A stretch of DNA of 64,000 bases, from positions 12,236 to 76,235 of the forward strand of contig JAYULW010000050.1 of the NCBI GenBank assembly GCA_043763155.1, written 5' to 3'. Below the pieces are notes generated by a model, which saw nothing but the letters and a program-made list of their open reading frames with translations, was not told the origin of the DNA and ran no database searches. Positions 18,658 through 28,893 of this stretch are shown here, piece after piece; the first letter of the stretch is position 1; each line of letters begins with the position of its first letter. Position numbers and translations under genes: made by a program. The stretch is from Alphaproteobacteria bacterium. Lineage in GTDB: Bacteria > Pseudomonadota > Alphaproteobacteria > Rickettsiales > SXRF01.

Positions 18658-18894
18658 CTAAGATAAAGGAACTTTGGTTATAACTGCTAAAGCATGCAGG
18701 GTCGTCCCCACATGCCCGCCCAGTGCATCAAACACCATCTTATGCTGCGCCACGCGCGTCTTGCCCTTGAAGCTCTCGTCGGTGACCGTAATGCTATAGT
18801 GGTTATCATCACCCGCAAGGTCTTGTAATTCAATATAAGCATCGGGGAACGCGGTCTTCACCATGCCCTCGATTTCATGCGCCTTCATACCCAT
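18658..18894 (-). CDS. BolA family protein
   Basis: DLAGDDNHYSITVTDESFKGKTRVAQHKMVFDAL...LHALA. Start taken at MGMKAHE; the longer tracked ORF would overlap the purL start. Confidence 0.8.
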   Translation of the reverse strand: MGMKAHEIEGMVKTAFPDAYIELQDLAGDDNHYSITVTDESFKGKTRVAQHKMVFDALGGHVGTTLHALAVITKVPLS

Positions 18895-19007
18895 AGCAGC
18901 AGCCTCATCTATCGTTTCCCTGTCATCTAGGCAAACATCGGGGTCTTTGCAAGATAAAAGCTGCAAAAACCCATTGAAAAACCCATAAGCCATGCTAACT
19001 AAAAGGC

Positions 19008-21239
19008 ATGTCACAGTCATCCGCAGCCAAAAAACAGTCCATCACCCCGGAAATCGTCGCCGAACACGGCCTCACCCCGGAAGAATACCAACGCGTCCTG
19101 AAGGTCATGGGCCGCGAGCCTAACATGGTAGAACTGGGCATTTTCTCGGTCATGTGGAGCGAGCATTGCTCCTACAAAACCACCCGCATGCACCTGCGCG
19201 AACTCCCCACCAAGGCCCCATGGGTCATTTGCGGCCCCGGCGAAAACGCGGGCGTGATTGACATTGGCGACGGCCAGGCCGCCATTTTCAAAATGGAAAG
19301 CCACAACCACCCAAGCTACATCGAGCCGTTCCAAGGCGCTGCAACCGGCGTCGGCGGCATCCTGCGCGACGTATTCACCATGGGCGCGCGCCCGATTGCG
19401 AACCTCAATGCGCTCCGCTTCGGCAGCCCCTCCCACCCCAAAACCAAACATTTGCTCAGCGGCGTAGTCGCTGGCATCGGCTCCTACGGCAATTGCGTAG
19501 GCGTGCCCACCGTCGGCGGCGAGTGCATCTTCCACGAATCCTACAACGGCAACATACTAGTCAACGCCATGACCGTTGGTTTAGCTGATGCCAACAACAT
19601 CTTCTACTCCGCCGCCGCAGGTATCGGTAACAGCGTTGTTTATGTCGGCTCCAAAACCGGCCGCGACGGCATCCACGGCGCAACCATGGCCAGCGCCGAA
19701 TTCGGCGAAGACGCCGAAGAAAAACGCCCCACCGTGCAGGTCGGCGACCCCTTCACCGAAAAACTCCTCATCGAAGCATGTTTGGAATTGATGCAAACCG
19801 ACGCCATCCTCGCCATTCAAGACATGGGTGCAGCTGGCCTCACCTCCTCCTCGCTCGAAATGGCAGGCAAAGGCGGCACCGGGATTGAGATGAACCTCGA
19901 CAAAGTCCCCATGCGTGAAGAAGGCATGACGCCCTACGAAATCATGCTCTCCGAATCCCAGGAGCGCATGCTCATGGTCATCAAGCCCGAAAAAGAAGCC
20001 CAGGCCCGCGCCGTGTTCGAAAAATGGGAACTCGACTTCGCAATCATCGGCACGATTACCGACACCGGAAATATTGTCCTGAAAATGCACGGCGAAACGG
20101 TGGCCGACATGCCCATCGCGCCCGTATCCACCGATGCCCCCGTGTATGACCGCCCCCACACCCCCACGCCCAAGCGCGCATGGCTCGACGCCAAAGACGT
20201 GCCCGCCCATGACCTGAGCGAGTCCCTGCTCACCCTCATCTCCAGCCCCGACCTCTGCTCCAAGCGCTGGATTTACGAACAATATGACCACATGGTCGGC
20301 AACGACACCGTAGCCCGCCCCGGCGGCGACGCCGCCATCGTGCGCGTACCCGCAAAAACCGACGGCAGCGCAGAAAAAACCAACAAAGCACTCGCCATCA
20401 CCACCGACTGCACCCCCCGCTACTGCTTCGCCGACCCCGTCGAAGGCGGCAAGCAAGCCGTGGTCGAAACATGGCGCAATCTCACTGCCGTGGGCGCAAC
20501 CCCGCTCGCCATCACCAATTGCCTCAACTTCGGCAACCCACAAAAACCCGAAATCATGGGCCAGATTGTGGGCGCACTCAAAGGCATGGCCGAAGCCTGC
20601 CGCGCGCTGGACTACCCCATCATCTCCGGCAACGTGTCGCTCTATAACGAAACCAACGGCAAAGGCGTTCAGCCCACCCCCGCCATCGGCGGCGTAGGCG
20701 TACTCAAAGACGTCACCAAGCGCTCCGGCATCGCATTCGAAGCCGTGGGCCACGACATCATCCTGCTCGGCGACACCAAAGGCCATCTCGGCAGCTCGCT
20801 CTATTTGCGCGAAGTCCTGAAACGCGAAGACGGCCCCGCCCCCGAAGTGAACCTCGCCGTTGAACGCAAAACCGGCGACTTCGTGCGCAAACAAATCGAA
20901 ACCCAGACCATCACCGCCTGCCACGACCTGGCCGACGGCGGCCTGCTCGTAGCCCTCGCCGAAATGACCTACCGCACCCCCATCGGTGCCGCCATCACCT
21001 TCCCCGCGGGCGTGCTTCCGCACGCCTACGCCTTCGGCGAAGACCAGGCCCGCTACATCATCACCTGCGAACCCGGCAAAACCGAAAGCATCTTGGCCGC
21101 CGCCAAAGCAGCCGGCATCCCCACCACCCTGCTCGGCAAAACCCAAAAGGAAATCCTCGAAGTCACCGGCCTGATGAAACTCCCCATCCGCGACCTGCGC
21201 AACCTGCACGAAGCATGGCTGCCTAACTTCATGGCCTAA
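19008..21239 (+). CDS. purL: Phosphoribosylformylglycinamidine synthase subunit PurL
   Basis: 743 aa, small-PurL type: [39 protein letters not shown]. Confidence 0.95.
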   Translation: MSQSSAAKKQSITPEIVAEHGLTPEEYQRVLKVMGREPNMVELGIFSVMWSEHCSYKTTRMHLRELPTKAPWVICGPGENAGVIDIGDGQAAIFKMESHNHPSYIEPFQGAATGVGGILRDVFTMGARPIANLNALRFGSPSHPKTKHLLSGVVAGIGSYGNCVGVPTVGGECIFHESYNGNILVNAMTVGLADANNIFYSAAAGIGNSVVYVGSKTGRDGIHGATMASAEFGEDAEEKRPTVQVGDPFTEKLLIEACLELMQTDAILAIQDMGAAGLTSSSLEMAGKGGTGIEMNLDKVPMREEGMTPYEIMLSESQERMLMVIKPEKEAQARAVFEKWELDFAIIGTITDTGNIVLKMHGETVADMPIAPVSTDAPVYDRPHTPTPKRAWLDAKDVPAHDLSESLLTLISSPDLCSKRWIYEQYDHMVGNDTVARPGGDAAIVRVPAKTDGSAEKTNKALAITTDCTPRYCFADPVEGGKQAVVETWRNLTAVGATPLAITNCLNFGNPQKPEIMGQIVGALKGMAEACRALDYPIISGNVSLYNETNGKGVQPTPAIGGVGVLKDVTKRSGIAFEAVGHDIILLGDTKGHLGSSLYLREVLKREDGPAPEVNLAVERKTGDFVRKQIETQTITACHDLADGGLLVALAEMTYRTPIGAAITFPAGVLPHAYAFGEDQARYIITCEPGKTESILAAAKAAGIPTTLLGKTQKEILEVTGLMKLPIRDLRNLHEAWLPNFMA

Positions 21240-22561
21240 TCAGGGCTGCGGTCTTTCGGCGCATCGGCTTTTCGCGCATCCACATCGTCTGCCCATTTGC
21301 GGTTTATCCGCTGTCGTGCTTCCGGCTTCTTCTCAGCGCTATTTATATTATCATGCCCCGGTATCATGCTCGCCGCCAAAGCAAGAGCCACATACCCACC
21401 CGCACGCATCTTGCTCATCGGGCATTTCGCAGGCAGCGCCACGGTGCCCGCGGGCACCGGTAATACATCCTTCATAGCGCCCAAATCCTTCACAGAGGCT
21501 GGCGCTTCCGCGCTTTTCTGTTTTTCCTCAGAAGGGGACGGGGTTCTGATGGCGCCTGTCGCCGCATAGGCTTCCTGCACTTCAGTCTTCAGCTCTTTGC
21601 GGTGCGACGACACAAAATCATAAACCTTCTCAAGGCTGCCATTCGCGCGCGCAGCTCTCAGCTGGTTGATAGCCGGGCAGGTATATTCCACCTTCTGGCC
21701 GGGCTTTTCCGGCGGCACTTCCTTTTCGCTATATATGCGCGTAAGCACCTTGGAGTCAAAAAGCCGATCCCACCCATCGGTAATGGATTGGCGCGTCAGC
21801 TCGTCTTCGCTCTGCCCCGGCTTGGGCGCCATATCCATCCGTGCCAGCGCCGTAAGCGGCACCATGGTGGCAAACAGCAGCGAGGTGCTATACTGGTAAA
21901 AAGGCCCCGTGCACACTGCGTTGGCGTTGTCCTTATCCCCATCAGGAATCACCGTGCTTTTCTGGATGGCCTCATTTAAATGCGTCACATAGCTCGCCTG
22001 CGCTGCCTGATAAATAGCAATGGTCAGCAACATCTCCGGGCGCTTGCCCGCTTGCGCTGAAAGCTCCGAAGATCCAAGCGCCGCCTTGAACTTCGCGCCA
22101 TCCCCTTTTTGCTCCAATATGCGCAATTCATCGGTCGTGACGCGCGCGTTATAGGTCGAAAGCTGGTCGCCTATTTTTTCAAAGCTATGACGCAGCGCCT
22201 CGCGGTTTTCGCGGGTTTTCAAATTCTGCGTGAAATGCTCAAGATATTGGTCGAAATCCTTATCCGGCATATACGCGCGAATACCCTTCATCACCGATGC
22301 CATCTTCAGCTTAAGGTCGGCAGGCTTGGGGTTAATCTCGCGGTAATACTGCACCTGCGGGGTGGTAAGCGCACTGTAAGGCTCGTCGCCAGCATGAAAC
22401 ACCAGCCCCGGCGTATTCTTTTCTGCGTCCTTATGGGTGTTTTTGCAGAAGCCGTGCCAATCATTTTTTGCACCCAGCGGCGTGTCATAGGCCTTGAGCG
22501 CGCCGCTATCATGCAGCCGCTGTGCCTGCGCTTTAAAGAATGCTTTTTGGTCGAATGCCAT
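21236..22561 (-). CDS. Hypothetical protein (441 aa), orphan
   Basis: Long ORF with normal composition that converges on purL (4-nt overlap). It occupies the slot between purQ and purL. No recognised motif. Confidence 0.6.
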   Translation of the reverse strand: MAFDQKAFFKAQAQRLHDSGALKAYDTPLGAKNDWHGFCKNTHKDAEKNTPGLVFHAGDEPYSALTTPQVQYYREINPKPADLKLKMASVMKGIRAYMPDKDFDQYLEHFTQNLKTRENREALRHSFEKIGDQLSTYNARVTTDELRILEQKGDGAKFKAALGSSELSAQAGKRPEMLLTIAIYQAAQASYVTHLNEAIQKSTVIPDGDKDNANAVCTGPFYQYSTSLLFATMVPLTALARMDMAPKPGQSEDELTRQSITDGWDRLFDSKVLTRIYSEKEVPPEKPGQKVEYTCPAINQLRAARANGSLEKVYDFVSSHRKELKTEVQEAYAATGAIRTPSPSEEKQKSAEAPASVKDLGAMKDVLPVPAGTVALPAKCPMSKMRAGGYVALALAASMIPGHDNINSAEKKPEARQRINRKWADDVDARKADAPKDRSPD

Positions 22562-22626
22562 CGCCCATTATACCGCCGCAACGGTTAACAATCGAAAAAC
22601 AACAACAACCTATTGAAAAAATTAAC

Positions 22627-23307
22627 CTAAGCAGCCAAAAGCGATTGGAACAGCGCCTTACCATCCACCCCACCGAGCAACGCTTCCGAGTGGCGCTCCG
22701 GGTGCGGCATCATGCCCAAAACATTGCGCTTCGCATTGCAAATACCTGCGATGTTGAGCTGCGAACCGTTGGGATTAGCTTCATCCGTAATCTCGCCATC
22801 AGCCTCGCAGTAGCGGAACACAATCTGGTCATTATCCTGAATGCTTTTAAGCGTCGCCTCATCGGTAAAATAATTACCGTCGTGATGCGCAACCGGAACC
22901 GTCAGCACCGCACCTTTGGTGTATTTGCCCGTAAACGGCGTCGCGGTCGTTTCCACCCGCAGCCCCACTTCGCGGCACACGAATTTCAGCTTCTTATTCC
23001 GCATCAAAATTCCCGGCAACATGCCCGCCTCGGTCAAAATCTGGAACCCGTTGCAAATCCCAATAACCCGGCCACCTGCATCCGCATGCTTCTTCACCTC
23101 ACCCATGATGGGCGAGTGCGCGGCCATAGCGCCGCTGCGCAAATAATCGCCATACGAAAACCCGCCGGGAACCACCACCACATCCACCTTAGGCAGTGCC
23201 TCATCGCGGTGCCACACCATCACGGGGTTCAGGCCCGTGGCGGCTAAAACTTCACGCGCGTCGCGGTCACAGTTAGAACCCGGAAATACGATAACAGCCG
23301 ATTTCAT
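22627..23307 (-). CDS. purQ: Phosphoribosylformylglycinamidine synthase glutaminase subunit PurQ
   Basis: [19 protein letters not shown] (catalytic Cys) and MMPHPER. Confidence 0.95.
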   Translation of the reverse strand: MKSAVIVFPGSNCDRDAREVLAATGLNPVMVWHRDEALPKVDVVVVPGGFSYGDYLRSGAMAAHSPIMGEVKKHADAGGRVIGICNGFQILTEAGMLPGILMRNKKLKFVCREVGLRVETTATPFTGKYTKGAVLTVPVAHHDGNYFTDEATLKSIQDNDQIVFRYCEADGEITDEANPNGSQLNIAGICNAKRNVLGMMPHPERHSEALLGGVDGKALFQSLLAA

Positions 23308-23553
23308 TTATTTATCCAGCAACTCGAATTTGTAATTTTCAACTACCGTGTTGGCCAAGAGGCCTGCGCACATTTTTTCAACGGCGGCTTCGGCTTTCTT
23401 GCGGTCGGTTTCATTCACCACCAGCTCGATATACTTGCCCTGGCGCACTTCTTCCACCTCATCGAAGCCCATGGTGTTCAGCGCATTGGCGATGGCGCGG
23501 CCCTGCGGGTCGAGCACACCATTTTTCAACGTGATATGGATACGTGCTTTCAT
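23308..23553 (-). CDS. purS: Phosphoribosylformylglycinamidine synthase subunit PurS
   Basis: 81 aa with [18 protein letters not shown]. Directly abuts purQ. Confidence 0.9.
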   Translation of the reverse strand: MKARIHITLKNGVLDPQGRAIANALNTMGFDEVEEVRQGKYIELVVNETDRKKAEAAVEKMCAGLLANTVVENYKFELLDK

Positions 23554-24422
23554 TTCTTTTTCTTCTTGTCCTTGGGTTTAGAAACGGGTTTTGCCTTGGC
23601 TTTTACTTTGGATTTCGGCGTTTTCGCGTTCACCTGAATCACGTAGCTGTCCTTTTCGTTCTGCGGCATCACGCCCAAACGGCGCGCCACTTCGCGGTAC
23701 GCATCTTCAATCTGGCCGAGGTCTTGGCGGAAGCGGTCCTTGTCCAGCTTGTGGCCGGTCTTCATGTCCCACAGGCGGCAATTATCGGGGCTGATTTCAT
23801 CGGCGAGGATAATCTGCTCACGTTCATTTTCAAACAAGCGGCCGAACTCCAGCTTGAAGTCCACCAGACGGATACCAACGCCCATGAACAGGCCGGAAAG
23901 GAAATCATTGATGCGGAACGTGAACATGCGGATTTCGTCCATTTCCTGCGGCGTGGCCCAGCCAAACGCGAAAATATGTTCTTCCGTCACAAACGGATCG
24001 CCCAGCGCGTCGTTCTTGTAGCAATATTCGATCAGCGGGTGGCCCAGCGGCTTGCCTTCATCCACGCCAAAGCGCTTCGCAAAGCTGCCAGCGGCATAAT
24101 TGCGCACGATGATTTCCAGCGGCACGATCTGCACCGATTTGATCAGCTGCTCGCGCATGTTGAGCGTGCGGATGAAGTGCGTGGGAATGCCCATGTCATG
24201 CAGGCGCAGCATCAGGAATTCGGAAATGCGGTTGTTCAAAACGCCCTTGCCTGAGATGGTGCCTTTTTTCACGTTGTTAAACGCGGTGGCGTCGTCCTTG
24301 AAATGCTGGATCAGCGTGCCGGGTTCCGGTCCCTCGAACAATTGCTTGGCTTTACCTTCATAAATAGGTTTACGCGGGGCCATCGAATAGATCTTTCGCT
24401 TAGGGGTAATTTTCGTTTCCAT
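23550..24422 (-). CDS. purC: SAICAR synthase PurC with a Lys-rich C-terminal extension
   Basis: [30 protein letters not shown]. The start is ambiguous (ATG 24422 or 24383). The ORF runs about 40 aa past the usual ...EVARRLG end and finishes [21 protein letters not shown]. Confidence 0.9.
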   Translation of the reverse strand: METKITPKRKIYSMAPRKPIYEGKAKQLFEGPEPGTLIQHFKDDATAFNNVKKGTISGKGVLNNRISEFLMLRLHDMGIPTHFIRTLNMREQLIKSVQIVPLEIIVRNYAAGSFAKRFGVDEGKPLGHPLIEYCYKNDALGDPFVTEEHIFAFGWATPQEMDEIRMFTFRINDFLSGLFMGVGIRLVDFKLEFGRLFENEREQIILADEISPDNCRLWDMKTGHKLDKDRFRQDLGQIEDAYREVARRLGVMPQNEKDSYVIQVNAKTPKSKVKAKAKPVSKPKDKKKKK

Positions 24423-24600
24423 AGCACTGTAATAAAGGATATTCCCCGTTCCTGCAATACCAATCAAACGCGCAGGAAATGGGGGGTTTACAAGGCTGGC
24501 CAGCCGAAAACTCATCCCCAAAACGCGTTATTGCGGAAATCACGAAAACCCCGTATAAGCAATTTACGGGTTAAACATCTACCATAAACAAGGGCTAAGC

Positions 24601-24915
24601 ATGACCACTTTCGACGATCGCGATAAGGCATTTGAAAACAAATTCGCCCACGACAAGGAAATTGATTTCAAAGTACAAGCCAAAGCCACCAAGCTGATGG
24701 CACGCTGGGCCGCCGCTAAAATGGGCATGACCGAAGAAGACACCAACACCTACGTCACCCACATGGTCGAAGCCCACGAAGGCAGCGAACAGGTGGTGCA
24801 TCACCTGGTCGCCGACTTTGCCAAAGCTGGCCTTCCCGTCACCGAGCGCACGGTTCGCGAAGAGCTGGACACCCAGCTGGTCGTTGCCCGCCAAAAGCTC
24901 ATGGGCGGCAATTAA
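24601..24915 (+). CDS. F1-ATPase inhibitor zeta subunit (DUF1476)
   Basis: The 104-aa N-terminus MTTFDDRDKAFENKFAHDKEIDFKVQAKA closely parallels the Paracoccus zeta subunit as I recall it. Confidence 0.8.
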   Translation: MTTFDDRDKAFENKFAHDKEIDFKVQAKATKLMARWAAAKMGMTEEDTNTYVTHMVEAHEGSEQVVHHLVADFAKAGLPVTERTVREELDTQLVVARQKLMGGN

Positions 24916-24970
24916 TTGCGTTAGTCGCGAAAGCGCGCTACACTGCACCAACCCCAAAGGAGCAACACTC

Positions 24971-25726
24971 ATGCTGCAAAGCCTGAAGCAAACTCCCCGC
25001 TGGCTTTCCGAAGCCGCAATGAAACCACAAAGCGTCTGGGCGCTCATGCGCTACCGCTTGCAGGGCTGGGCCTCGCTTCCGCCCGCGCCTGCGCATGACC
25101 ATGTGGTAAACGGCCTGAAGCCCGAAGACGACACCTTCCGCCACCTCTCCTTCACCTTCGCCGTCATCGCCCTTTCCGCCCGCATCGCCTGCGCTGACGG
25201 CCCCCTGACAAAAGACAAATACATTGCCTTCCGCGAGTCCTTCCCCTTGCGCGGCGGCATCTGCGGCAAAATCCGTTCGCTCTTTACCCTCGCCTGTGAA
25301 AACGACACCCCCGCCGAGCACTACACACACCAGATGAAATACATGTACCCCGGCAAGAACGACCTCTTCGCCTCCGTGCTTGAACGCTTGTTCCGCATCG
25401 CCAGCGCCGACGGCGACATCGGCAAAAACGCCGAGTTCCTGCTCGCCGACATTGCCCATGGCCTCGACTTCACCCCCGCCGCCTTCGCCGAAATCCGCGC
25501 CCGCTACGACCGCCGCAGCCACGCCCACATCATCCTCGGTGTCTCCGACGGGGTAAAATCCGCCACCCTCAAAAAGCGCTACCACGAACTCATGCGCCGC
25601 TACCACCCCGACCGCTTCGGCACCGAAGAACTCTCCGACGAAATCCGCCTGCTCCTTCGCGCCAAAACCTCCGAGATCAACGCCGCCTACCGCGTCCTCG
25701 CCGCCCGCGCCGCCCGCGCCGCGTAA
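24971..25726 (+). CDS. DjlA-like co-chaperone (TerB-like domain plus C-terminal J domain)
   Basis: C-terminal ILGVSDGVKSATLKKRYHELMRRYHPDRF (HPD motif). ATG 24971 is preceded by AAAGGAG. Confidence 0.7.
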   Translation: MLQSLKQTPRWLSEAAMKPQSVWALMRYRLQGWASLPPAPAHDHVVNGLKPEDDTFRHLSFTFAVIALSARIACADGPLTKDKYIAFRESFPLRGGICGKIRSLFTLACENDTPAEHYTHQMKYMYPGKNDLFASVLERLFRIASADGDIGKNAEFLLADIAHGLDFTPAAFAEIRARYDRRSHAHIILGVSDGVKSATLKKRYHELMRRYHPDRFGTEELSDEIRLLLRAKTSEINAAYRVLAARAARAA

Positions 25727-25727
25727 G

Positions 25728-26282
25728 ATGCCAATTTCCTTATATCTAGATAATAATATTTGGGATTTACTGCACAATAATCAAATTGACTTGGCGCATG
25801 AACTGCCCAAGGAAGAATTCCATATAATTATTACTCTAGAAGCTGAGTTTGAAATCCCCCCCATTCGATCTCCAGAATTAAAAGAATATATTTCTACAGC
25901 CATTAAAGTATTCGGTATCGGAACCGACGCTTTTTTTGGATTTAACGATCCAGCCCTTCCGCCAGAAGAGCAAAGATGCAGGGGATTTGATTTAGGACGA
26001 TTCGCAAGCTCTAGAGAAAATGAGTTTATTAACGAACAACGCAGCCGGATAGGAAAATTGAATCCTATAACTAAGCTAAATAAATATGAAGCTGATATCG
26101 CCTTAGCTGCACGTTCATTTCATTCGTTTGTACTAACAGCAGATGTAAAACCAGGGCCACTTAGAGACGCATACAATCAAGGTGGAAAGGTTATCTTTTT
26201 GGCTAATTTTAATGCCCAAAAATTATCCTTATATAATGCTGTAAAGAGCGGCATTGCCCAGTTTGTTGAAAAAGCAAAATAA
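25728..26282 (+). CDS. AT-rich orphan gene; possible PIN-like nuclease domain protein
   Basis: 184-aa ORF, visibly AT-rich compared with its flanks. LYLDNNIWD at the N-terminus, TLEAEFE, and EADIALAARSFHSFVLTADVK resemble the PIN acidic quartet and the ...lvT.D motif. Confidence 0.5.
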   Translation: MPISLYLDNNIWDLLHNNQIDLAHELPKEEFHIIITLEAEFEIPPIRSPELKEYISTAIKVFGIGTDAFFGFNDPALPPEEQRCRGFDLGRFASSRENEFINEQRSRIGKLNPITKLNKYEADIALAARSFHSFVLTADVKPGPLRDAYNQGGKVIFLANFNAQKLSLYNAVKSGIAQFVEKAK

Positions 26283-26320
26283 GCCTTCTAATAGCAACTA
26301 CCTTGCGCTACAGCTTTCCC

Positions 26321-27196
26321 ATGTCCCCGCTCCACATCTTTTTCGGCGTGCTTGTTGCCCTCATCTGGGGGTGTAATTTCGTGGCCGCAAAATTTGGCGT
26401 GGCGTATTTTCCGCCCTTCTTGCTCACCGCCATTCGCTTCACAGTAGCCAGCATCATTTTAATCCCCCTCGTCGCCCGCCCCACATGGCCGCAGCTCAAG
26501 CGCATCATGCTCATCTCCACCATGAGTTCGCTGCATTTCTCCCTCATTTTCGTAGCGCTCTATTACCAGCTCGACATCGCAAGCTCCGCCCTCATCGGCC
26601 AGCTCGGCGTGCCCTTCGCCTGCATTCTCGGCGCCATATTCTTAAACGACCGCCTCGGCATCTGGCGCATCAGCGGCATCATCATCGCCTTTCTTGGCAC
26701 CGTCATCGTCGCCGGCACCCCCAACATCGCCAGCCACCCCACTGGCTTTTACGCCGCCCTCGTCAGCACCATGACATGGGGCATCGCCAACGTGCTGGTA
26801 AAGCGCGTGTCCGACGTAGGCAGCATGAGCCTGCTGGCATGGATGGGCGCCTGCACCGTTCCCATCCTGTTTGCGCTCTCCTTCGCCTTTGAATACCAGC
26901 AATGGCCCCCGCTCCTCGAAGCCCCCCTCTCCGCCATTCTGGGCGTAAGCTTCACCGTCCTATTCTCCACCATCACCGCTTACGGCCTCTGGTATTTCCT
27001 GCTCTCGCGCTACAGCGTGTCGCAGGTCACGCCCTACTCGCTCCTCACCCCCATTTTCGGCATCGCCATCGGCCAGCTTTTCTTCCATGAAGAACTCACC
27101 ATGCAAGTCATCATCGGCGGCCTCATCACCATCGTGGGCGTGGCCGTAATCGTGCTGCGCCGCCCCAAAACCATCCCCCTCGGAGAAGCCACATGA
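26321..27196 (+). CDS. DMT superfamily (EamA-type) transporter
   Basis: About 10 TM segments and two EamA-like halves (ALIWGCNFVAAKFG; TWGIANVLVK). ATG 26321 preferred over TTG 26303. Confidence 0.8.
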   Translation: MSPLHIFFGVLVALIWGCNFVAAKFGVAYFPPFLLTAIRFTVASIILIPLVARPTWPQLKRIMLISTMSSLHFSLIFVALYYQLDIASSALIGQLGVPFACILGAIFLNDRLGIWRISGIIIAFLGTVIVAGTPNIASHPTGFYAALVSTMTWGIANVLVKRVSDVGSMSLLAWMGACTVPILFALSFAFEYQQWPPLLEAPLSAILGVSFTVLFSTITAYGLWYFLLSRYSVSQVTPYSLLTPIFGIAIGQLFFHEELTMQVIIGGLITIVGVAVIVLRRPKTIPLGEAT

Positions 27197-27861
27197 GCTT
27201 ACACATCATCCCGTTTTCCTCCCCCAATTTCGACAGCCGCGACCACCAGAATGTGGACATGCTGGTGCTGCACTACACCGGAATGAAAACCGGCAAAGAA
27301 GCCATCAACCGCCTGTGCGACGCGGCCGCAAAAGTCAGCGCGCACTACGTCGTCGAAGAAGATGGCAGCGTATACAACCTAGTAAATGAAATGCACCGCG
27401 CATGGCACGCCGGCGTGAGCTACTGGCGCGGCGCAACCAACATCAACCAGCGCTCCATCGGCATCGAAATCGTAAACCCCGGCCACGAATTCGGCTACCG
27501 CCCCTTCACCCCCATCCAGATGACTGCCGTCGAACTCCTCTGCCGCGACATCCTCTCCCGCACCGACATCCCCGCAAGGAATGTGGTGGCCCATTCCGAC
27601 ATCGCCCCTGCCCGCAAGGAAGACCCCGGCGAACTCTTCAACTGGCAGTCGCTAGCCGTCTTCGGCATCGGTCACTGGCCCGAAGCCAACGCAACCCTCG
27701 CCCCCGCAAGCCTCGCCGAACTCGGCGATTATGGCTACGACATCACCAACCCCGAAAAGGCCATCATCGCCTTCCAGCGCCGCTTCCGGCCCGAAAACAT
27801 GGACGGCATCTGGGACCCCGAATGCGGCCAGCTACTAGCAGCCCTGCACCGCATGGGCTAA
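27193..27861 (+). CDS. ampD: N-acetylmuramoyl-L-alanine amidase, AmpD-like (Amidase_2)
   Basis: VLHYTGM, SAHYVVEEDG, AWHAGVSYW, SIGIEIVN and HSDIAPARKEDPG. ATGA overlap with the upstream gene. Confidence 0.85.
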   Translation: MSLHIIPFSSPNFDSRDHQNVDMLVLHYTGMKTGKEAINRLCDAAAKVSAHYVVEEDGSVYNLVNEMHRAWHAGVSYWRGATNINQRSIGIEIVNPGHEFGYRPFTPIQMTAVELLCRDILSRTDIPARNVVAHSDIAPARKEDPGELFNWQSLAVFGIGHWPEANATLAPASLAELGDYGYDITNPEKAIIAFQRRFRPENMDGIWDPECGQLLAALHRMG

Positions 27862-27900
27862 TAGTTGCCCCAACCCCAAAACTAGCCTATAACCCCCAAA

Positions 27901-28259
27901 CCAGACAGCCGGATGGCCGCGAGCAAAAACCCCTCACCGGGTTGGTGTTCGAGGAAAGTCCGGGCTCCACGGAACACGGTGGCGGGTAATCCCCGCCGGG
28001 CGCGAGCTTAGGGAAAGTGCAACAGAGAGTATACCGCCTCGCAAGAGGTAAGGGTGAAAGGGTGAGTAAGAGCGCACCGCGCTCCTGGTAACAGGAGTGG
28101 CATGGCAAACCCCACCGGGAGCAAGATCAAATAGGGGCTGCGCGCGTTCCGCGCTATGCAGTCCGGGTAGATCGCGTGAGGCGCTAGGCAACTATCGTCC
28201 TAGATGAATGGTCATCACCTTCGCAAGAAGGTACAGAACCCGGCTTACAGGCTGTCTGG
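27901..28259 (+). ncRNA. rnpB: RNase P RNA, bacterial type A
   Basis: P1 stem CCAGACAGCC...GGCTGTCTGG. Universally conserved GAGGAAAGTCCGGGCTCC near the 5' end and ACAGAACCCGGCTTA near the 3' end, plus internal GGTAAGGGTGAAAGGGTG. Confidence 0.9.
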
Positions 28260-28263
28260 TATT

Positions 28264-28800
28264 TTATTCTTCCAAATCACCGAGCATGGATGGCGTCACA
28301 AACGCCTTCAGCTCGCCATGCATATGCGCAATATCTTTCCACGGCGCATCACCCAGCGCAACAGCAGCAAACGAACAGGTCGGAAACTTAATCCCAATCG
28401 TATCCATCAATTCCTGCGCGCCCGATTTCGCCAGCTTCAAACTAAACTGGTGCAGGCCGGGGTTATGCCCCACGATCAGCAAACGCTGTACATTCTCATT
28501 CGCCTGCGCGATCAGCTGCATCGTTTCATTCACCGACGCCAGATACAAACGGTCCGCAAATTCCGTAGGCACGTCGCGCCCATAAGCATTCATCACTTCC
28601 GCCCATGTTTCACGCGCACGCACCGCCGTGGAGCAGATCACCGCGTCGGGGCGAATACCCTGCCGTGTGAAAAAATGCCCCATGGCCGAAGCGGCCTCAA
28701 GCCCGCGCTGCGTGATGCGCCTGTCATGGTCATCTTGCGACGCAGCACCGGTCTCCGCCTTGGCATGTCTCAGTATATAAAGGATTTTTTGGGATGACAT
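28264..28800 (-). CDS. Histidine phosphatase family protein (SixA-like)
   Basis: ILYILRHAKA (RHG-type motif), ITQRGLEAA, and VGHNPG near the C-terminus. Confidence 0.75.
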   Translation of the reverse strand: MSSQKILYILRHAKAETGAASQDDHDRRITQRGLEAASAMGHFFTRQGIRPDAVICSTAVRARETWAEVMNAYGRDVPTEFADRLYLASVNETMQLIAQANENVQRLLIVGHNPGLHQFSLKLAKSGAQELMDTIGIKFPTCSFAAVALGDAPWKDIAHMHGELKAFVTPSMLGDLEE

Positions 28801-28893
28801 CCTGAACTCTGCGTAAAGTTGGTTCTTGTTATCTGCTTGTAATTCATTCGCTTTTTAACATAGAATATACCATTGCCAAGTATAATCCGCCCC

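Noticed and set aside
19581-21209. 542-aa ORF antisense to purL, with similar cases at 46177..47118, 48829..49881, 50462..51733 and 24938..25777
   Set aside because: These are Gly/Ala/Val/Asp-rich low-complexity translations on the strand opposite clearly identified genes (purL, prs, ychF, aatA, djlA-like). They are GC-rich shadow frames.
27887-28191. ORFs 27887..28108 and 27934..28191 (minus) and the tail of 27402..27989 (plus)
   Set aside because: They overlap the RNase P RNA gene, which explains the sequence conservation motifs far better.
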